A stretch of DNA of 64,000 bases from Candidatus Latescibacterota bacterium (GCA_965208105.1 OZ242318.1:2976001-3040000); one strand, 5' to 3'. Positions 42,001 to 52,391 are shown, counted from the first letter of the stretch. Translations and numbers: made by a program. Notes: generated by a model not told the origin, from the sequence alone.

Positions 42001-42747
42001 ACCGAAGCGCCGGTGTAGATCTGCGAACTTTCTCAGGGCCTGGTCGTGGCTGCCTAGAAACAGGTCGATGCGGCCGGCGAAGAGCAAGGCGCTGGGAGCG
42101 ATGCGGGGTACTGGTTCAGCTGCACTTATCCGGGCAAGAAATTCCTGGGCTTTTTCCGCTTTTCCCATGGCAAAAAAGAGCTTGGCCAGGCCAAAGCGCG
42201 CCGCGTGGACTTGGCCGTGGGCCTTGTACTCGGAGATGACTTTGTGGTAGGCGCGCACAGCTTGTTCCAGCTCTTCTGCATGGCTATAATTGACCGCCGC
42301 CTCGATCAACATCTGGGGGGCAAATTTGCTGGTGCTGAAGCGGAATTGCACTTCTTCGTAGGCGCGGGCAGCTTCCATGTGCCGCCCCAGTGTGCTCAGG
42401 CACGCCGCCCGTTCCATATAAGCGTCGGCAGAGCTCAGGTGCTGGGGATGTTCCTGGAAGAAATCCTGGTAGGCATTGATGGCCAGATCACAGCGGCCGC
42501 CTTTCCCAAGGGAGCGAGCCAGCATGAGCCGGGCATCGGCAATGTGCTGGCTGTCGGGGTATCTGCGTATGAAATCGGTGAACAACTCGGCGGCGGTGGC
42601 GTAATCGCGGGCATCTCGATATAGGTTGCGGGCAAGCTTGAAGTCATCGTCGGCGCTGTTCTGAGACCAGGCGGCCACGGCAAAATAAGCAACAAGGGCA
42701 AAAAGGATCGCGCAGGCTGGAGACCTGATGAGAGCGTTGATGGCCAA
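39091..42747 (-). CDS. Large exported TPR-repeat protein
   Basis: Signal peptide followed by many TPR units ending in YP.S/FP.H-type turns. Confidence 0.9.
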   Translation of the reverse strand: MAINALIRSPACAILFALVAYFAVAAWSQNSADDDFKLARNLYRDARDYATAAELFTDFIRRYPDSQHIADARLMLARSLGKGGRCDLAINAYQDFFQEHPQHLSSADAYMERAACLSTLGRHMEAARAYEEVQFRFSTSKFAPQMLIEAAVNYSHAEELEQAVRAYHKVISEYKAHGQVHAARFGLAKLFFAMGKAEKAQEFLARISAAEPVPRIAPSALLFAGRIDLFLGSHDQALRKFADLHRRFGAASQSDSAYLDQATFFYERHNFQQASDAFEAAYRQIEDAGLKIRAHLGLADSRLRNGQPQQAVLHFNALLKKLPVGHAHRAQAQLGLAVACGQTGKFPLAVSLFHELIRAHSSDPEGITALRELGALYQRRKDYPPAIAWYQRYLQKVDSDADRDPVILSLARIYGASGYYQDAISAYRDLAERSSALAATARFNLAQAHEKNDQPRLALREYVKFLEQFPSHSQSRAARERTEFLREFTVLDLKALNRALHQVWIDQLGGAPRHKTQMKLAKILYDHHDFANAARAFEACTATGRDSLYLAEARYYLGESLLRLARQRKLEGLPEATDSLRQVALQKYRLITEADSGEWALRAQIRLVEAQAARAPDSLRHQLLESGFSGLLEKHAGAESPHLDRALLHLASARRHLGKSDSTQLERAITTYRQVDRESPLYAEALFGLGLCHGSRGELQAAVDFLERVLRDYPAFSHADQVLDELGKLLIRQDRPGAALARYQELLWSHPAFPQRPSVQLRIADIHFQLGNYASAIELYRQLALQGPGEDTRGYIKRRLAQAHHRRGEYSAARELYNQILAEDSQEAALDSILFDQAKLLVKVGRPEEAIPQLLRVRDEFSNSPLASDAAQMAGNLYFELGRLDKAYQTYLPILSEIMDAQVHGQSTIALFRLDRLEEARKAVAAFSRRSPKDADWLLRFQLEEGQHHLRKKNYKKALKFFRQLEKKGGDWADDGAYYAALALWEQNLASPSEERGVQALQAQSLFIKNFPHSPYSAAVHLRLANYHHGLRNYLVAAGAYKRVLKEHVAADLKEEAVWNLLDCYMRVFEFEEAHQAALRLLREFPHHPKARETELQLGIILKDKGQYAQAIAQLEKTLDWARGNDASEARFYIAESYQNMGEYRKAIEAYYRVSFHGAEGFSQWISSADFKRAQCHEALNELSTAISVFERIVRREGTDSPQGQMAADRIEILRQRL

Positions 42748-42902
42748 AGGATAGAGCCTTGTTCTTCTGTTGTCGGGAGAGACAACCTGAAAATGGTTTG
42801 GCGATTGGGCGGAGTGCCTGTGGCTGCCTTGCAGTGGGTAAGGAATTACAAAAGGCTACTTCGATAAACGGCACCTAAGTTCCTGATATTAACCATTATA
42901 GA

Positions 42903-43799
42903 ATGAATATAGTGAGAGGTCAAGAGCGCGTGGGAGAAGGCCTGATCGTGGAGAAAGCCTACGCTAAAATCAATCTGGGGCTGAAAGTCCTGAAACGGCG
43001 CAAGGATGGATTCCACGAAATTTGCGGTATCGTACAGAGTATTGATCTGGCCGACTCGCTGCACTTCCGCAAGAGTGATGAGAACCGCCTAACTTGCACC
43101 GACCCCAGATTGTCCGTCGCCGCGGACAACCTCGTTGTCCAGGCCATGAAACTGTTCAATGCTCACTTGCAAGTGACACCCAGGCCATTGCACCTCCATC
43201 TGGAAAAGATAATTCCTTCAGGGGCCGGCCTTGGTGGAGGCAGCGCGGATGCCGCGGCGGCCCTGCGAGGATTGAACCGCCTGTACCGGTTGCCTTTCAG
43301 TATGGATGCACTGCGGGAAATGGCAGCCTGCCTGGGGTCGGATGTGCCATTTCTGGTCGATGGTGGTACTGCGTTGATGCGCGGACGAGGCGAAATAGTT
43401 GAGCCTCTCAGGTGGAAGGGCGAGACAACCTACCTGCTCGTCTATCCAGGGGTAGAAGTGAGCACGGCCTGGGCATATCGGCAAGTGAAAGCAGGCTTGA
43501 CACTCGAGTCGCCTTATCTTAAATTTATTGCTTCACTTAGCGGCGGGTGCGTTGACCACGAGTCCCTTGTTCTCCTGCTGGAAAACGATTTCCAACCTGT
43601 GGTCGAACGCGCCTATCCCATCGTCGCGGAACTGAGCTCCCAGCTCAGGGTGGCCGGAGCCTTGGCCTGCTCCATTTCAGGGAGTGGTTCGACAGTATAC
43701 GGCATTTTCGACGATCGGACCGTTGCGTGCCAAGCTCGGCAGGAGATTCAAGGCAAGGGATTTCAAACATTCCTTTGCCGGCCCTTCTGCCCACAATGA
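42903..43799 (+). CDS. ispE: 4-diphosphocytidyl-2-C-methyl-D-erythritol kinase
   Basis: AYAKINLGL, IPSGAGLGGGSADAA, LGSDVPF, SGSGSTV; start may be GTG 42930. Confidence 0.96.
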   Translation: MNIVRGQERVGEGLIVEKAYAKINLGLKVLKRRKDGFHEICGIVQSIDLADSLHFRKSDENRLTCTDPRLSVAADNLVVQAMKLFNAHLQVTPRPLHLHLEKIIPSGAGLGGGSADAAAALRGLNRLYRLPFSMDALREMAACLGSDVPFLVDGGTALMRGRGEIVEPLRWKGETTYLLVYPGVEVSTAWAYRQVKAGLTLESPYLKFIASLSGGCVDHESLVLLLENDFQPVVERAYPIVAELSSQLRVAGALACSISGSGSTVYGIFDDRTVACQARQEIQGKGFQTFLCRPFCPQ

Positions 43800-43828
43800 A
43801 TGCAATTCAACAGAACCGCTATTGAGGT

Positions 43829-43903
43829 TGCCCGGTCGTTCAACTGGCAGGACAACGGATTTTGGTTCCGTCTATCGAGGTTCGAATCCTCGCCGGGCAG
43901 CCA
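43829..43903 (+). tRNA. tRNA-Gln(TTG)
   Basis: Acceptor TGCCCGG/CCGGGCA, anticodon arm ACGGA-TTTTGGT-TCCGT, GGTTCGAATCC, encoded CCA. Confidence 0.96.
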
Positions 43904-43948
43904 TAAGCTGATATTGTCGGACTCTTTTGATCTATAGGGAAGGATTAC

Positions 43949-44629
43949 ATGGCAGAGATTTCAGTCGAGATCAAGATGCGCGAAGAGGTTACCATGCCGG
44001 TTCAGATGCGTGTCGAGCAGGGCAAGGAACAGGTCGGAAGGTTGAGGCGGAAAGATGGCATGCTACCCGGAGTTCTCTATGGCCACAAGCAGAAGCCTCT
44101 TCTCTTCAAGGCCGATACACTTTCCCTGGAACGCGCTTTGAGCAAGGGTGGTTCGAATGCCATTTTCATGGTTCAATTCGCGGATGGGGTTCCCCAGCGC
44201 GCCATTGTTCGGGAGATTCAGTACCACAAGGTTCGGGGAGAAATTCTCCATGTCGATCTTCTTCGCATCGATCCGGAGGAAAGATTGCGGGTAAGCGTGC
44301 CGATTATTCCCCAGGGTACGCCGGAGGGCGTCCGCGCCGGCGGCGGTTTGCAGCAGTCTATCCAGGCCATCGACATGGAGTGCGTGGTGGCCGAGATGCC
44401 TAGCAGTATCGACGTGGACATCACCAACCTCCAGGTGGGGGATAGTGTGCAGGTGAAAGACCTGCTGGAGCGAGAGGACCGCATTGTATCGGATCCAGAC
44501 CACACCATCTTCAACGTGCTGGCTCCCAGAGTGGTTGAAGAGGTCGTCCCCGAGGAGGAGGAAGATGCTGAGGAAGGAGAAGCCGAAGTTGGTGAAGGCG
44601 AAGAGACCGAAGACGGGGAAGCGGAATAG
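43949..44629 (+). CDS. rplY: 50S ribosomal protein L25/Ctc
   Basis: LRR..GMLPGVLYG, REIQYH....ILHVD, acidic tail. Confidence 0.95.
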   Translation: MAEISVEIKMREEVTMPVQMRVEQGKEQVGRLRRKDGMLPGVLYGHKQKPLLFKADTLSLERALSKGGSNAIFMVQFADGVPQRAIVREIQYHKVRGEILHVDLLRIDPEERLRVSVPIIPQGTPEGVRAGGGLQQSIQAIDMECVVAEMPSSIDVDITNLQVGDSVQVKDLLEREDRIVSDPDHTIFNVLAPRVVEEVVPEEEEDAEEGEAEVGEGEETEDGEAE

Positions 44630-44638
44630 CTCATCGAA

Positions 44639-45229
44639 ATGGGAGGCGCTTTGCAGGTTGTCATCGGCCTGGGGAATCCCGGACCGCGATATGAAGCGAC
44701 AAGGCACAACATAGGATTTGTGGTGGTGAACAAGCTGGCCAGGGAAGCTGGCGGCAAGTGGTTCAATGACCCGGGGGCCCGTTGTGAACTGGCCGCGACC
44801 GAGCTTGCGGAGAAGGAAGTGTTGCTCGTTAAGCCCCAGACCTACATGAACAAGAGCGGTGAAGCCGTCGCCGCCTTGTTGGGACGGGCGGATATTGCAC
44901 CGCATGATTTCCTGATAGTGCTGGACGATTTTTACCTGGACTTCGGCCGGTTGCGATTTCGCCGCAATGGCAGCAGCGGGGGCCACAATGGTCTGTATTC
45001 CGTGCTCAGGCATCTGCAAACCGACCAGGTCGAGCGTTTGCGTCTCGGCATTGGTTGTCCCCCGCCTGGTGAAAACATCATTGACTACGTGCTGAGCCCG
45101 TTTGAACCGGGTGAGGAGCGAGAGAAACTGGCAGGGCTTGGTTGCGAGGCCGTTGACGTATATCTGAGGGAAGGCATCGAATCAGCGATGAATCGATTTA
45201 ATGGCCAAAAGGAAGACTCGATAATTTAA
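44639..45229 (+). CDS. pth: Peptidyl-tRNA hydrolase
   Basis: GLGNPG..Y..TRHNIGF, KPQTYMN.SG, GGHNGL. Confidence 0.97.
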   Translation: MGGALQVVIGLGNPGPRYEATRHNIGFVVVNKLAREAGGKWFNDPGARCELAATELAEKEVLLVKPQTYMNKSGEAVAALLGRADIAPHDFLIVLDDFYLDFGRLRFRRNGSSGGHNGLYSVLRHLQTDQVERLRLGIGCPPPGENIIDYVLSPFEPGEEREKLAGLGCEAVDVYLREGIESAMNRFNGQKEDSII

Positions 45230-45256
45230 TGGCCGGGATTTAAAAAGGGAACTCAT

Positions 45257-47296
45257 ATGCAAACTTGGACATCGATGGCGCCGTACATGGGTCTGGCGGG
45301 TTTGTTCTTCGCCTTGTTGATCTATCAATATATCAAGCGCCAGCCTGGCGGGTCAGAAAAAATGATCGAGATCTCCGACGCGGTGCATGAAGGGGCCATG
45401 GCGTTTCTGCGGCGGGAGTACTCGATCCTCCTGGCCTTTGTTGCTGTCGTGTTCGTCTTGTTGTTCTCCATGGTGGACCAGCGTACAGCGTTTGCCTTCC
45501 TGGCTGGTGCCGGCTGTTCGATTCTGGCAGGTTTCGTCGGAATGAAGGCCGCAACGCGGGCAAATGTGCGCACCGCCCATGCAGCTGCTGAGAAGGGCCA
45601 GGGTCCTGCGCTGAGCATGGCTTTTGCAGGCGGTTCGGTCATGGGATTGGCAGTGGCGAGTCTGGGCCTCCTGGGCGTAGCCACCCTCGCCCAGATTTTT
45701 GGAATATGGGACCATGCCGGCAACGCCAAGGCCATAAACGGCTTTGCCATGGGTGCCAGTTCAATCGCACTATTCGCCAGGGTAGGTGGTGGCATCTTCA
45801 CCAAGACTGCGGATGTGGGAGGGGACCTGGTCGGAAAGGTGGAAGCGGGGATTCCAGAGGACGATCCGCGCAATCCGGCCACCATAGCCGACAATGTGGG
45901 CGACAATGTTGGGGATGTCGCCGGCATGGGTGCCGACATATTCGAATCCTACGTGGGCTCGGTAATCGCCAGCATTGCCATAGCGGCAACAGCATCTGCC
46001 GCCCTCCTGAGCAAATTGGCACCCGAGCTCGACACTGGCCAGGCGCGCCTGGCGGCAATGGCATACCCGGTCATGGTGATCATGATCGGCCTGGTCGCTT
46101 CGCTTGTTGGCGTGCTGGCCGTGCGAGTCCTTCAAAATCGCGATCCGGGGGCTGCATTGAGATATGCCACCTTTGTGGCCGCCGCCCTCATGTTGCTAGG
46201 GGCATATCAGGCGGTGAGAATATTGAATCTTTCCAATGGCCCGTTCCTGGCAGTTCTGTGCGGCGCGGTGGCTGGTATAATTATCGGGCTTCTGACCGAA
46301 TATTATACTGGTGGCAGGCCGGTCCGCTCCATTGCCGAAGCCTCCAAAACCGGGTCGGCCACAAATATTATCACCGGTTTCGCCGTGGGAATGGAGAGCA
46401 CGGCGCTCCCGATCCTGGGCATCGTCGGCGCAATCTTTCTGGCGCATCACTTTGCCGGGCTCTACGGGATCGGGGTGGCGGCGGTGGGTATGCTTGCCAC
46501 GGTGGGAATTACGATGTCAGTGGATGCCTATGGACCTATCGCCGACAATGCCGGGGGGATTACCGAGATGTCGGGTCTGGGCGAAGAAGTCCGGAAAATT
46601 ACTGATGGATTGGATTCCCTGGGGAATACAACCGCAGCCATAGGCAAAGGATTCGCCATCGGGTCGGCGGCTCTGACCGCCCTGGCCCTGTTTTCGGCGT
46701 ACACCACCTCTGTAATGGTCGGTCAAGGAGGCGTGCCTATCGTCATCGACATAACTACTCCCAATGTGGTAATCGGGCTATTCATTGGAGCCGGCATTCC
46801 CTACCTGGCGGGGGCCTTGACCATGAAGTCGGTAGGCAGGGCTGCCTTCAAGATGGTCGAGGAAGTTCGGCGTCAGTTCAGGGAAATTTCAGGGATTATG
46901 GATGGGTCAGGCAAGCCCGACACCCGTCGGTGTGTGGAGATATGCACATCGTCTGCATTAAAGGAAATGATTCTGCCTGGTTTGCTGGCTGTAGTTGCTC
47001 CGGTTGCCGTCGGATTTTCATTGGGGCCGGTGGCCTTGGGAGGCATGCTGGCGGGAGCTACGATCAGCGGGGTACTACTCGCGCTGTTGATGGCCAATAG
47101 TGGCGGTGCCTGGGACAATGCCAAGAAGTGGATCGAGCAAGGCAACCTGGGAGGAAAAGGATCCGAACCCCACAAGGCCGCGGTGGTGGGCGATACCGTT
47201 GGAGACCCGTTCAAGGATACCACGGGACCTTCAATGAATATCCTCATCAAATTGATGTCCGTTGTTTCCCTGGTCCTGGTCCCGCTTTTTGTGTGA
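45257..47296 (+). CDS. hppA: Membrane pyrophosphatase, K+-dependent, probably Na+-translocating
   Basis: [51 protein letters not shown]. Confidence 0.95.
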   Translation: MQTWTSMAPYMGLAGLFFALLIYQYIKRQPGGSEKMIEISDAVHEGAMAFLRREYSILLAFVAVVFVLLFSMVDQRTAFAFLAGAGCSILAGFVGMKAATRANVRTAHAAAEKGQGPALSMAFAGGSVMGLAVASLGLLGVATLAQIFGIWDHAGNAKAINGFAMGASSIALFARVGGGIFTKTADVGGDLVGKVEAGIPEDDPRNPATIADNVGDNVGDVAGMGADIFESYVGSVIASIAIAATASAALLSKLAPELDTGQARLAAMAYPVMVIMIGLVASLVGVLAVRVLQNRDPGAALRYATFVAAALMLLGAYQAVRILNLSNGPFLAVLCGAVAGIIIGLLTEYYTGGRPVRSIAEASKTGSATNIITGFAVGMESTALPILGIVGAIFLAHHFAGLYGIGVAAVGMLATVGITMSVDAYGPIADNAGGITEMSGLGEEVRKITDGLDSLGNTTAAIGKGFAIGSAALTALALFSAYTTSVMVGQGGVPIVIDITTPNVVIGLFIGAGIPYLAGALTMKSVGRAAFKMVEEVRRQFREISGIMDGSGKPDTRRCVEICTSSALKEMILPGLLAVVAPVAVGFSLGPVALGGMLAGATISGVLLALLMANSGGAWDNAKKWIEQGNLGGKGSEPHKAAVVGDTVGDPFKDTTGPSMNILIKLMSVVSLVLVPLFV

Positions 47297-47340
47297 AGAT
47301 GGCAATTTCAATTTCAATCGTTTAGGCACTGGAAAATCCC

Positions 47341-47865
47341 ATGAAGAACTACGAGCTTGTCTGCATCCTGGATCCTCAGTTCGGGGACAATCATTTCGCC
47401 ACAATGGTGGAAAAGTACGAGGGCTACCTTGTGGAGAACAAGGCAACGGTGGTCAACATCGATCACTGGGGAATGCGCCGGATGGCTTATTCTTCCGCAA
47501 GTTTAAAGAAACGCCAGCAGGGATATTACGTGCTTTTTCAGTTCACCGCGCAGCCATCCATTCTCAGTGGGCTGGAACACCAACTTGGTCTCGACGAAGG
47601 AGTTCTGCGCCATCTGGTCGTCGGGGTCAAAGGAGAATTCATGCGCGTCCCACAGCTGGTTCCGGAAGGATCGGTCTTTCAAGAGTCGTCCCCCCGGGAT
47701 AGGGATACCGGCAGGTATAGAGGTGCCCCATCTCCAGCCGCCGAGTCCGGTGGCACGGCCCGCGGGGAATCCCGCAAGGATAAACCGGAAGCTGATGATG
47801 GGAAAAAGGCCCGGGAGGCTGAAGGCGAAGATAGCCAGAAGCGGACGGAGGGTACGGCCAGCTAG
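47341..47865 (+). CDS. rpsF: 30S ribosomal protein S6 with long charged C-terminal tail
   Basis: MKNYELVCILDP, WGMRRMAY, GYY, VLRHL. Confidence 0.93.
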   Translation: MKNYELVCILDPQFGDNHFATMVEKYEGYLVENKATVVNIDHWGMRRMAYSSASLKKRQQGYYVLFQFTAQPSILSGLEHQLGLDEGVLRHLVVGVKGEFMRVPQLVPEGSVFQESSPRDRDTGRYRGAPSPAAESGGTARGESRKDKPEADDGKKAREAEGEDSQKRTEGTAS

Positions 47866-47941
47866 GCGGAGCCCGGAATCAGAATCCCGGAGCAAAGCGG
47901 CCCCGATTAACCGAACTGAAGCCGCAGATTCCTGTTGCTGA

Positions 47942-48766
47942 ATGCTTTTACTGACAAGTATCGCCCTGGCTTCAGCCGCGCTTTTGGCCTGCCTCAGGTA
48001 CGGCCCCCAACGCCTGTTGCTCCCGACGGCCTTGTTTTCATTGCTACTTGCTTCCCTGGTCAGTGGGGGAGTGGGCTGCGCACCCATAATGGGGATTATC
48101 GCCGGGATTCAGGTAGAGCGTCGGAGAAGCTTCGGCCAAATCATCGGAGCCGCGGCTGTTCCCGGCGCTGCCCTTGGCCTATGGCTTCTGATTACCGGCC
48201 GCGAGATCACGGCGCGCGAGGCCGCCATCGAGCGGTTGGTGCAGCAGTTGCAGGACACCGGGCTTGGGCAGTTGGAGAACGAAGTTTATTCTCTGCAAGA
48301 ACTGGCGAGCCTGGCACTGCGGCTGCAGCCAGGCATTGAGTTCGTATCAGCATTGTTCACGATCGTCCTGGCCTATCGGGTAAGCCAGTTGGTAGCTGGC
48401 CGCATATCACTCGGTATGCCCGCTGCTCTCCCATTGCGTTTGTGGCGGTTGTGGGAAGAGCTGATCTGGGTGCTTGTGGCGGGACTGGCCCTGGGATTGA
48501 TGAGCAGGGGCCTGGTGGAGGATTTTGCGGTAAACCTCGTGACCGTCATGCTGATTCTCTATGCGGTCCAGGGAGTGGGCCTGGTGCGCTATTACTTCTG
48601 GCGCTTGCGCATTTTCTGGATGGTAGAGATGCTCTTTTTCCTGGTTTTGCTGTTTGCATCGGGCATTGCAGCGCTTTTTCTAGCTGGCCTGGGGCTGCTG
48701 GATACCTGGTTCGACTGGAGGGGATTACGTGCCTCATCTGCATCCGCCGAAGAAAACGGCAGGTAG
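47942..48766 (+). CDS. DUF2232/YybS family membrane protein
   Basis: Multi-TM, YAVQG, GLLDTWFDWR; directly upstream of rplI. Confidence 0.8.
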   Translation: MLLLTSIALASAALLACLRYGPQRLLLPTALFSLLLASLVSGGVGCAPIMGIIAGIQVERRRSFGQIIGAAAVPGAALGLWLLITGREITAREAAIERLVQQLQDTGLGQLENEVYSLQELASLALRLQPGIEFVSALFTIVLAYRVSQLVAGRISLGMPAALPLRLWRLWEELIWVLVAGLALGLMSRGLVEDFAVNLVTVMLILYAVQGVGLVRYYFWRLRIFWMVEMLFFLVLLFASGIAALFLAGLGLLDTWFDWRGLRASSASAEENGR

Positions 48767-48818
48767 ACAGTCCGGACTGAAGGGAGGCTCCTGAGTCATT
48801 CAGTTGGGAGGTACCACT

Positions 48819-49262
48819 ATGAAAATTATTCTGACCGAGGACGTGGATCGGGTAGGCAATGCCGGGGAAATTGTTCAGGTTGCCGATGGTTTTGCGCGAA
48901 ACTTTCTGATTCCCCAGCGCCAGGCACTGATTGCTACAGATTCCAACGTGGCGCGTTTCGAGTCGAGACGCAAACAGCACCAGGCCGCAGCTGAAAAGGC
49001 TCGGCGAAGGAACACGACCCTGGCTCAGGACCTGGAGAAGGACTCCCTCACAGCGGTTGTACATGTGGGGGAAGAAGATCGACTCTTTGGCTCGGTGACG
49101 GCACAACACATTGCTGATCTGCTGGTTGAAAAGGGCTATGAGATCGATCGTCGACAGGTACTTCTCGAGGAGCCAATCCGGTCCCTGGGAGTTTTCAACG
49201 TCAGTATTCGCCTGCATGCTGAAGTAACAGCTACCGTCAAACTTTGGGTGGTCAAAGAGTAG
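48819..49262 (+). CDS. rplI: 50S ribosomal protein L9
   Basis: MKIILTEDV, VADGFARNFLIP, LFGSVT. Confidence 0.97.
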   Translation: MKIILTEDVDRVGNAGEIVQVADGFARNFLIPQRQALIATDSNVARFESRRKQHQAAAEKARRRNTTLAQDLEKDSLTAVVHVGEEDRLFGSVTAQHIADLLVEKGYEIDRRQVLLEEPIRSLGVFNVSIRLHAEVTATVKLWVVKE

Positions 49263-49365
49263 AAAACCGCAGGTGCTTCTTCCATTCGATTTTCCCTGAC
49301 CATAATGCGAATAAGTGGCCGCTTGCCAGTTCAAAGGCACGGCCGCTGCAAACCAGAAAAAATTG

Positions 49366-49464
49366 GGGAGCGGATGCGTGCCTGGTGGTTGCCGCGGACT
49401 TCAAATCCGTTGCGGCGGCGCGAGAGTGCCGCCGGGTGGGTTCGATTCCCACACGTTCCCGCCA
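49366..49464 (+). tRNA. selC: tRNA-Sec(TCA)
   Basis: Anticodon arm GCGGA-CTTCAAA-TCCGT, TGGT D-loop, long variable arm CGGCGGCGC-GAGA-GTGCCGCCG, T arm GTGGG-TTCGATT-CCCAC, GCCA end. Confidence 0.93.
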
Positions 49465-49568
49465 ACTACAGGCTGTGAAGAAATAATTTGGCGATAAAAT
49501 GGAAGCAGACCCACCATGGCTTGGCTTCAATTTTTGATGGTCAAGGAAATCATCCCTGAGGGTAAGGC

Positions 49569-52391
49569 ATGAAACGCCGACCGAGTCGTTTGCGGATACT
49601 GACATCTGTAATTATTGCCGTAGCAGGTGTCGGTTTCCTTGCTTCGTACTACACGGACTGGCTCTGGTTCCAGAGTCTGGATCTTCAGCCGGTGTTCTGG
49701 CGCACGGTGCGAGCGCGATTTTTTGCAGCTCTCCTTTTCGGTATCCCGGCAGCATTGCTGGTTGGTATCAATTTGTGGATAGCCGAGCGTTTCTCCATGC
49801 GCCTCTGGCAGACCGGGAATTCTCCCTGGAAAGAAAGTGAGGTCTCGATGGAGACCTTGCGGCACCTGCGCACGGGTTACCGGGTGGTGGGGGCCGTTAT
49901 TGTGCTGATCCTTGGCACAATTGGATCCTGGAAGTGGCCGCTGCTGCTGCGCTATACACACAGTCAGCCCTTTGGGATCGAGGATCCGATTTTTTCCCGG
50001 GATGTTGGGTTCTATGTTTTTTCTCTTCCCCTGTACCGTTTTGGGGCGAGTTTCCTGTTGGGAGGGCTGATCCTGACCGGGCTGCTTTTATTCCTGAGAT
50101 ACCTGGCAAGTGGTGGCATCAGGTTCCAGGAGCGCATGGAAATGTCCCCCTGGCCGCGGGCCCATCTATCCGCGCTGGGGGGTTTGTTCTTGCTGGTAAT
50201 TGCCTGGATTTACCGACTAAAGATTTACGGATTGTTGTATTCGGAGGGGTCCGTCGCCTTTGGTGCCGGCTTTGTGGATGTCAATGTGCAGGTCTGGGTC
50301 TACTGGCTGCTGGTGCTTCTGTTTTTAGGGGCTGCTGGTTTGTTCTTTGTCAACCTACGGGAAAGGGGCACAAGGCTGCCGCTCATGGGCGGAGCACTGC
50401 TGCTGGGCGGCATGGTTGTGCTGGGATGGGTCCCGGCTGCGCTGGTGCAAAAGCTGTTTGTTCAGCCAAGCGAGCTTGCACGGGAGGCGCCCTATATCCG
50501 GTACAATATCGACGCTACCCGGCGGGCATATGGGCTGGACCGGATCGATGAACAACCCTTCGCAGGCGCGGAGGACCTGAGTTGGAAGGACATCGAGGCC
50601 AATCCCCTGACCATCCGCAACGTCCGGATCTGGGATGAACGTCCACTTATCCAGACCTACCAGCAAGTCCAGGAGATCCGACCGTATTACGTTTTTTCCG
50701 GTGTGGATGTCGACCGCTATACCGTAGACGGAGTATACCGTCAGGTAATGCTTTCGGCGCGTGAGATGGTCACGGAGCGGCTGCCCTCACAAGCGCGCAA
50801 CTGGGTCAACGAGAGGCTTCAGTACACCCACGGTTACGGAATTGCCATGAGCCCGGTTGACCAGGTGACACCGGAAGGGCTGCCGGCTTTGATGGTGAAG
50901 GATATCCCGCCGATATGGGAGCCCGGTTTGGAGATCGACCGTCCGGAAATTTATTACGGGGAGCAAACACATGACTACGTGGTGGTCAAAACCACCACCC
51001 AGGAGTTCGATTATCCAAAAGGAGAGGAGAACAAGTTCGTTACCTATCAGGGAGAGGGCGGGGTGATTTTTGGCGGACTTTTCAAGCGGCTGGCCTTTGC
51101 CGTTCGATTTAAAGACCTGAATCTTATCCTGAGCAACTATATCACTGGTGAGAGCCGGATAATGTTCCGGCGCCAGGTGGGCGACCGCATCAGGGCGATC
51201 GCCCCGTTTCTCCAATACGATTCCGATCCCTACCTGGTGGTTTCAGAAGGAAGGTTATACTGGGTTCTCGATGCCTATACAACCACCGATATGTATCCTT
51301 ATTCTGCCCGGGAAGGAAGAGGCCGAATCAACTACATCCGCAACTCGGTAAAGGCGGTGGTCGACTCCTATAATGGCTCCGTGCATTTCTACCGCGTGGA
51401 CACGAGCGATCCGATCATCGCGGTCTATGCTGATATTTTTCCCGGCCTGTTCCGTCCGTTGGAGGAGATGCCTGAAGACCTGAGATCCCACCTGCGCTAT
51501 CCCAAGGACCTTTTCAAGTTTCAGGCCATGCTCTACCGCAGCTACCACATGCAGGATGTCCAGCTCTTTTACAACCAGGAGGACCTCTGGGAGATTCCCA
51601 ACGAGATATACAGCGGCCAGGCGCAGATGATCGAGCCCTACTACATTATCGTCAAACTGCCGCGGGAAGAACGGGAAGAATTTTTGCTCATGGTTCCATT
51701 TACTCCCGCCCGGAAGGACAATATGATAGGCTGGTTGGCTGCCCGATGCGATGGGGATAACTATGGAGATTTACTGGTCTACAGGTTGCCCAAGGACCGG
51801 TTGATTTTCGGTCCGATGCAGCTCGAAGCCCGCATCGACCAGCAACCCGAGATTTCCAGCCAACTCACCCTGTGGGGCCAAAGAGGGTCGGAGGTGATCA
51901 GAGGGAATCTCCTGGTCATTCCCATAGAGCACTCGTTCCTGTGCGTGGAGCCGATTTACTTGCAGGCCAGGCAGCAACCGGAGGAGCCGGAGTATCAGGG
52001 AATGGAAGTTGAGAGTCCGCTCGAACAGCTGCGGCGTCCTCCCGTGCGCTCCGTGCGCAATACCGCCATTCCCGAACTGAAGCAGGTAATTGTAGCACTG
52101 GGGGGACAGGTAATCATGCGGGGCAGCTTTGAGGAGGCGCTTTCCGCTCTGTTCGCAAGAGATGCCCTGGCACCTGACATTCTGGGCGAAATGGTTACAG
52201 GATCGGCGTCTGCCTCCTACTCGGGGAGTTCCTCCCTGACTGTGGCGGAGATGGCCGCAGCGGTGGAGGACCATTTCCGGCGCGCCAGATCTTCCCTGCA
52301 AAGATGGGATTGGGCAGAGGCGGGAGAAGAGATGGAAGCGCTCGAAACTACCATCGCGGCTCTTCGAGAGAAGCTGGCGGGAGAACAATGA
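49569..52391 (+). CDS. UPF0182 family membrane protein
   Basis: YTDWLWF, DPIFSRDVGFYVF, VDVDRY, YTHGYG, NYIRNSVK, PYY, VIRGNLLVIP. Confidence 0.92.
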   Translation: MKRRPSRLRILTSVIIAVAGVGFLASYYTDWLWFQSLDLQPVFWRTVRARFFAALLFGIPAALLVGINLWIAERFSMRLWQTGNSPWKESEVSMETLRHLRTGYRVVGAVIVLILGTIGSWKWPLLLRYTHSQPFGIEDPIFSRDVGFYVFSLPLYRFGASFLLGGLILTGLLLFLRYLASGGIRFQERMEMSPWPRAHLSALGGLFLLVIAWIYRLKIYGLLYSEGSVAFGAGFVDVNVQVWVYWLLVLLFLGAAGLFFVNLRERGTRLPLMGGALLLGGMVVLGWVPAALVQKLFVQPSELAREAPYIRYNIDATRRAYGLDRIDEQPFAGAEDLSWKDIEANPLTIRNVRIWDERPLIQTYQQVQEIRPYYVFSGVDVDRYTVDGVYRQVMLSAREMVTERLPSQARNWVNERLQYTHGYGIAMSPVDQVTPEGLPALMVKDIPPIWEPGLEIDRPEIYYGEQTHDYVVVKTTTQEFDYPKGEENKFVTYQGEGGVIFGGLFKRLAFAVRFKDLNLILSNYITGESRIMFRRQVGDRIRAIAPFLQYDSDPYLVVSEGRLYWVLDAYTTTDMYPYSAREGRGRINYIRNSVKAVVDSYNGSVHFYRVDTSDPIIAVYADIFPGLFRPLEEMPEDLRSHLRYPKDLFKFQAMLYRSYHMQDVQLFYNQEDLWEIPNEIYSGQAQMIEPYYIIVKLPREEREEFLLMVPFTPARKDNMIGWLAARCDGDNYGDLLVYRLPKDRLIFGPMQLEARIDQQPEISSQLTLWGQRGSEVIRGNLLVIPIEHSFLCVEPIYLQARQQPEEPEYQGMEVESPLEQLRRPPVRSVRNTAIPELKQVIVALGGQVIMRGSFEEALSALFARDALAPDILGEMVTGSASASYSGSSSLTVAEMAAAVEDHFRRARSSLQRWDWAEAGEEMEALETTIAALREKLAGEQ

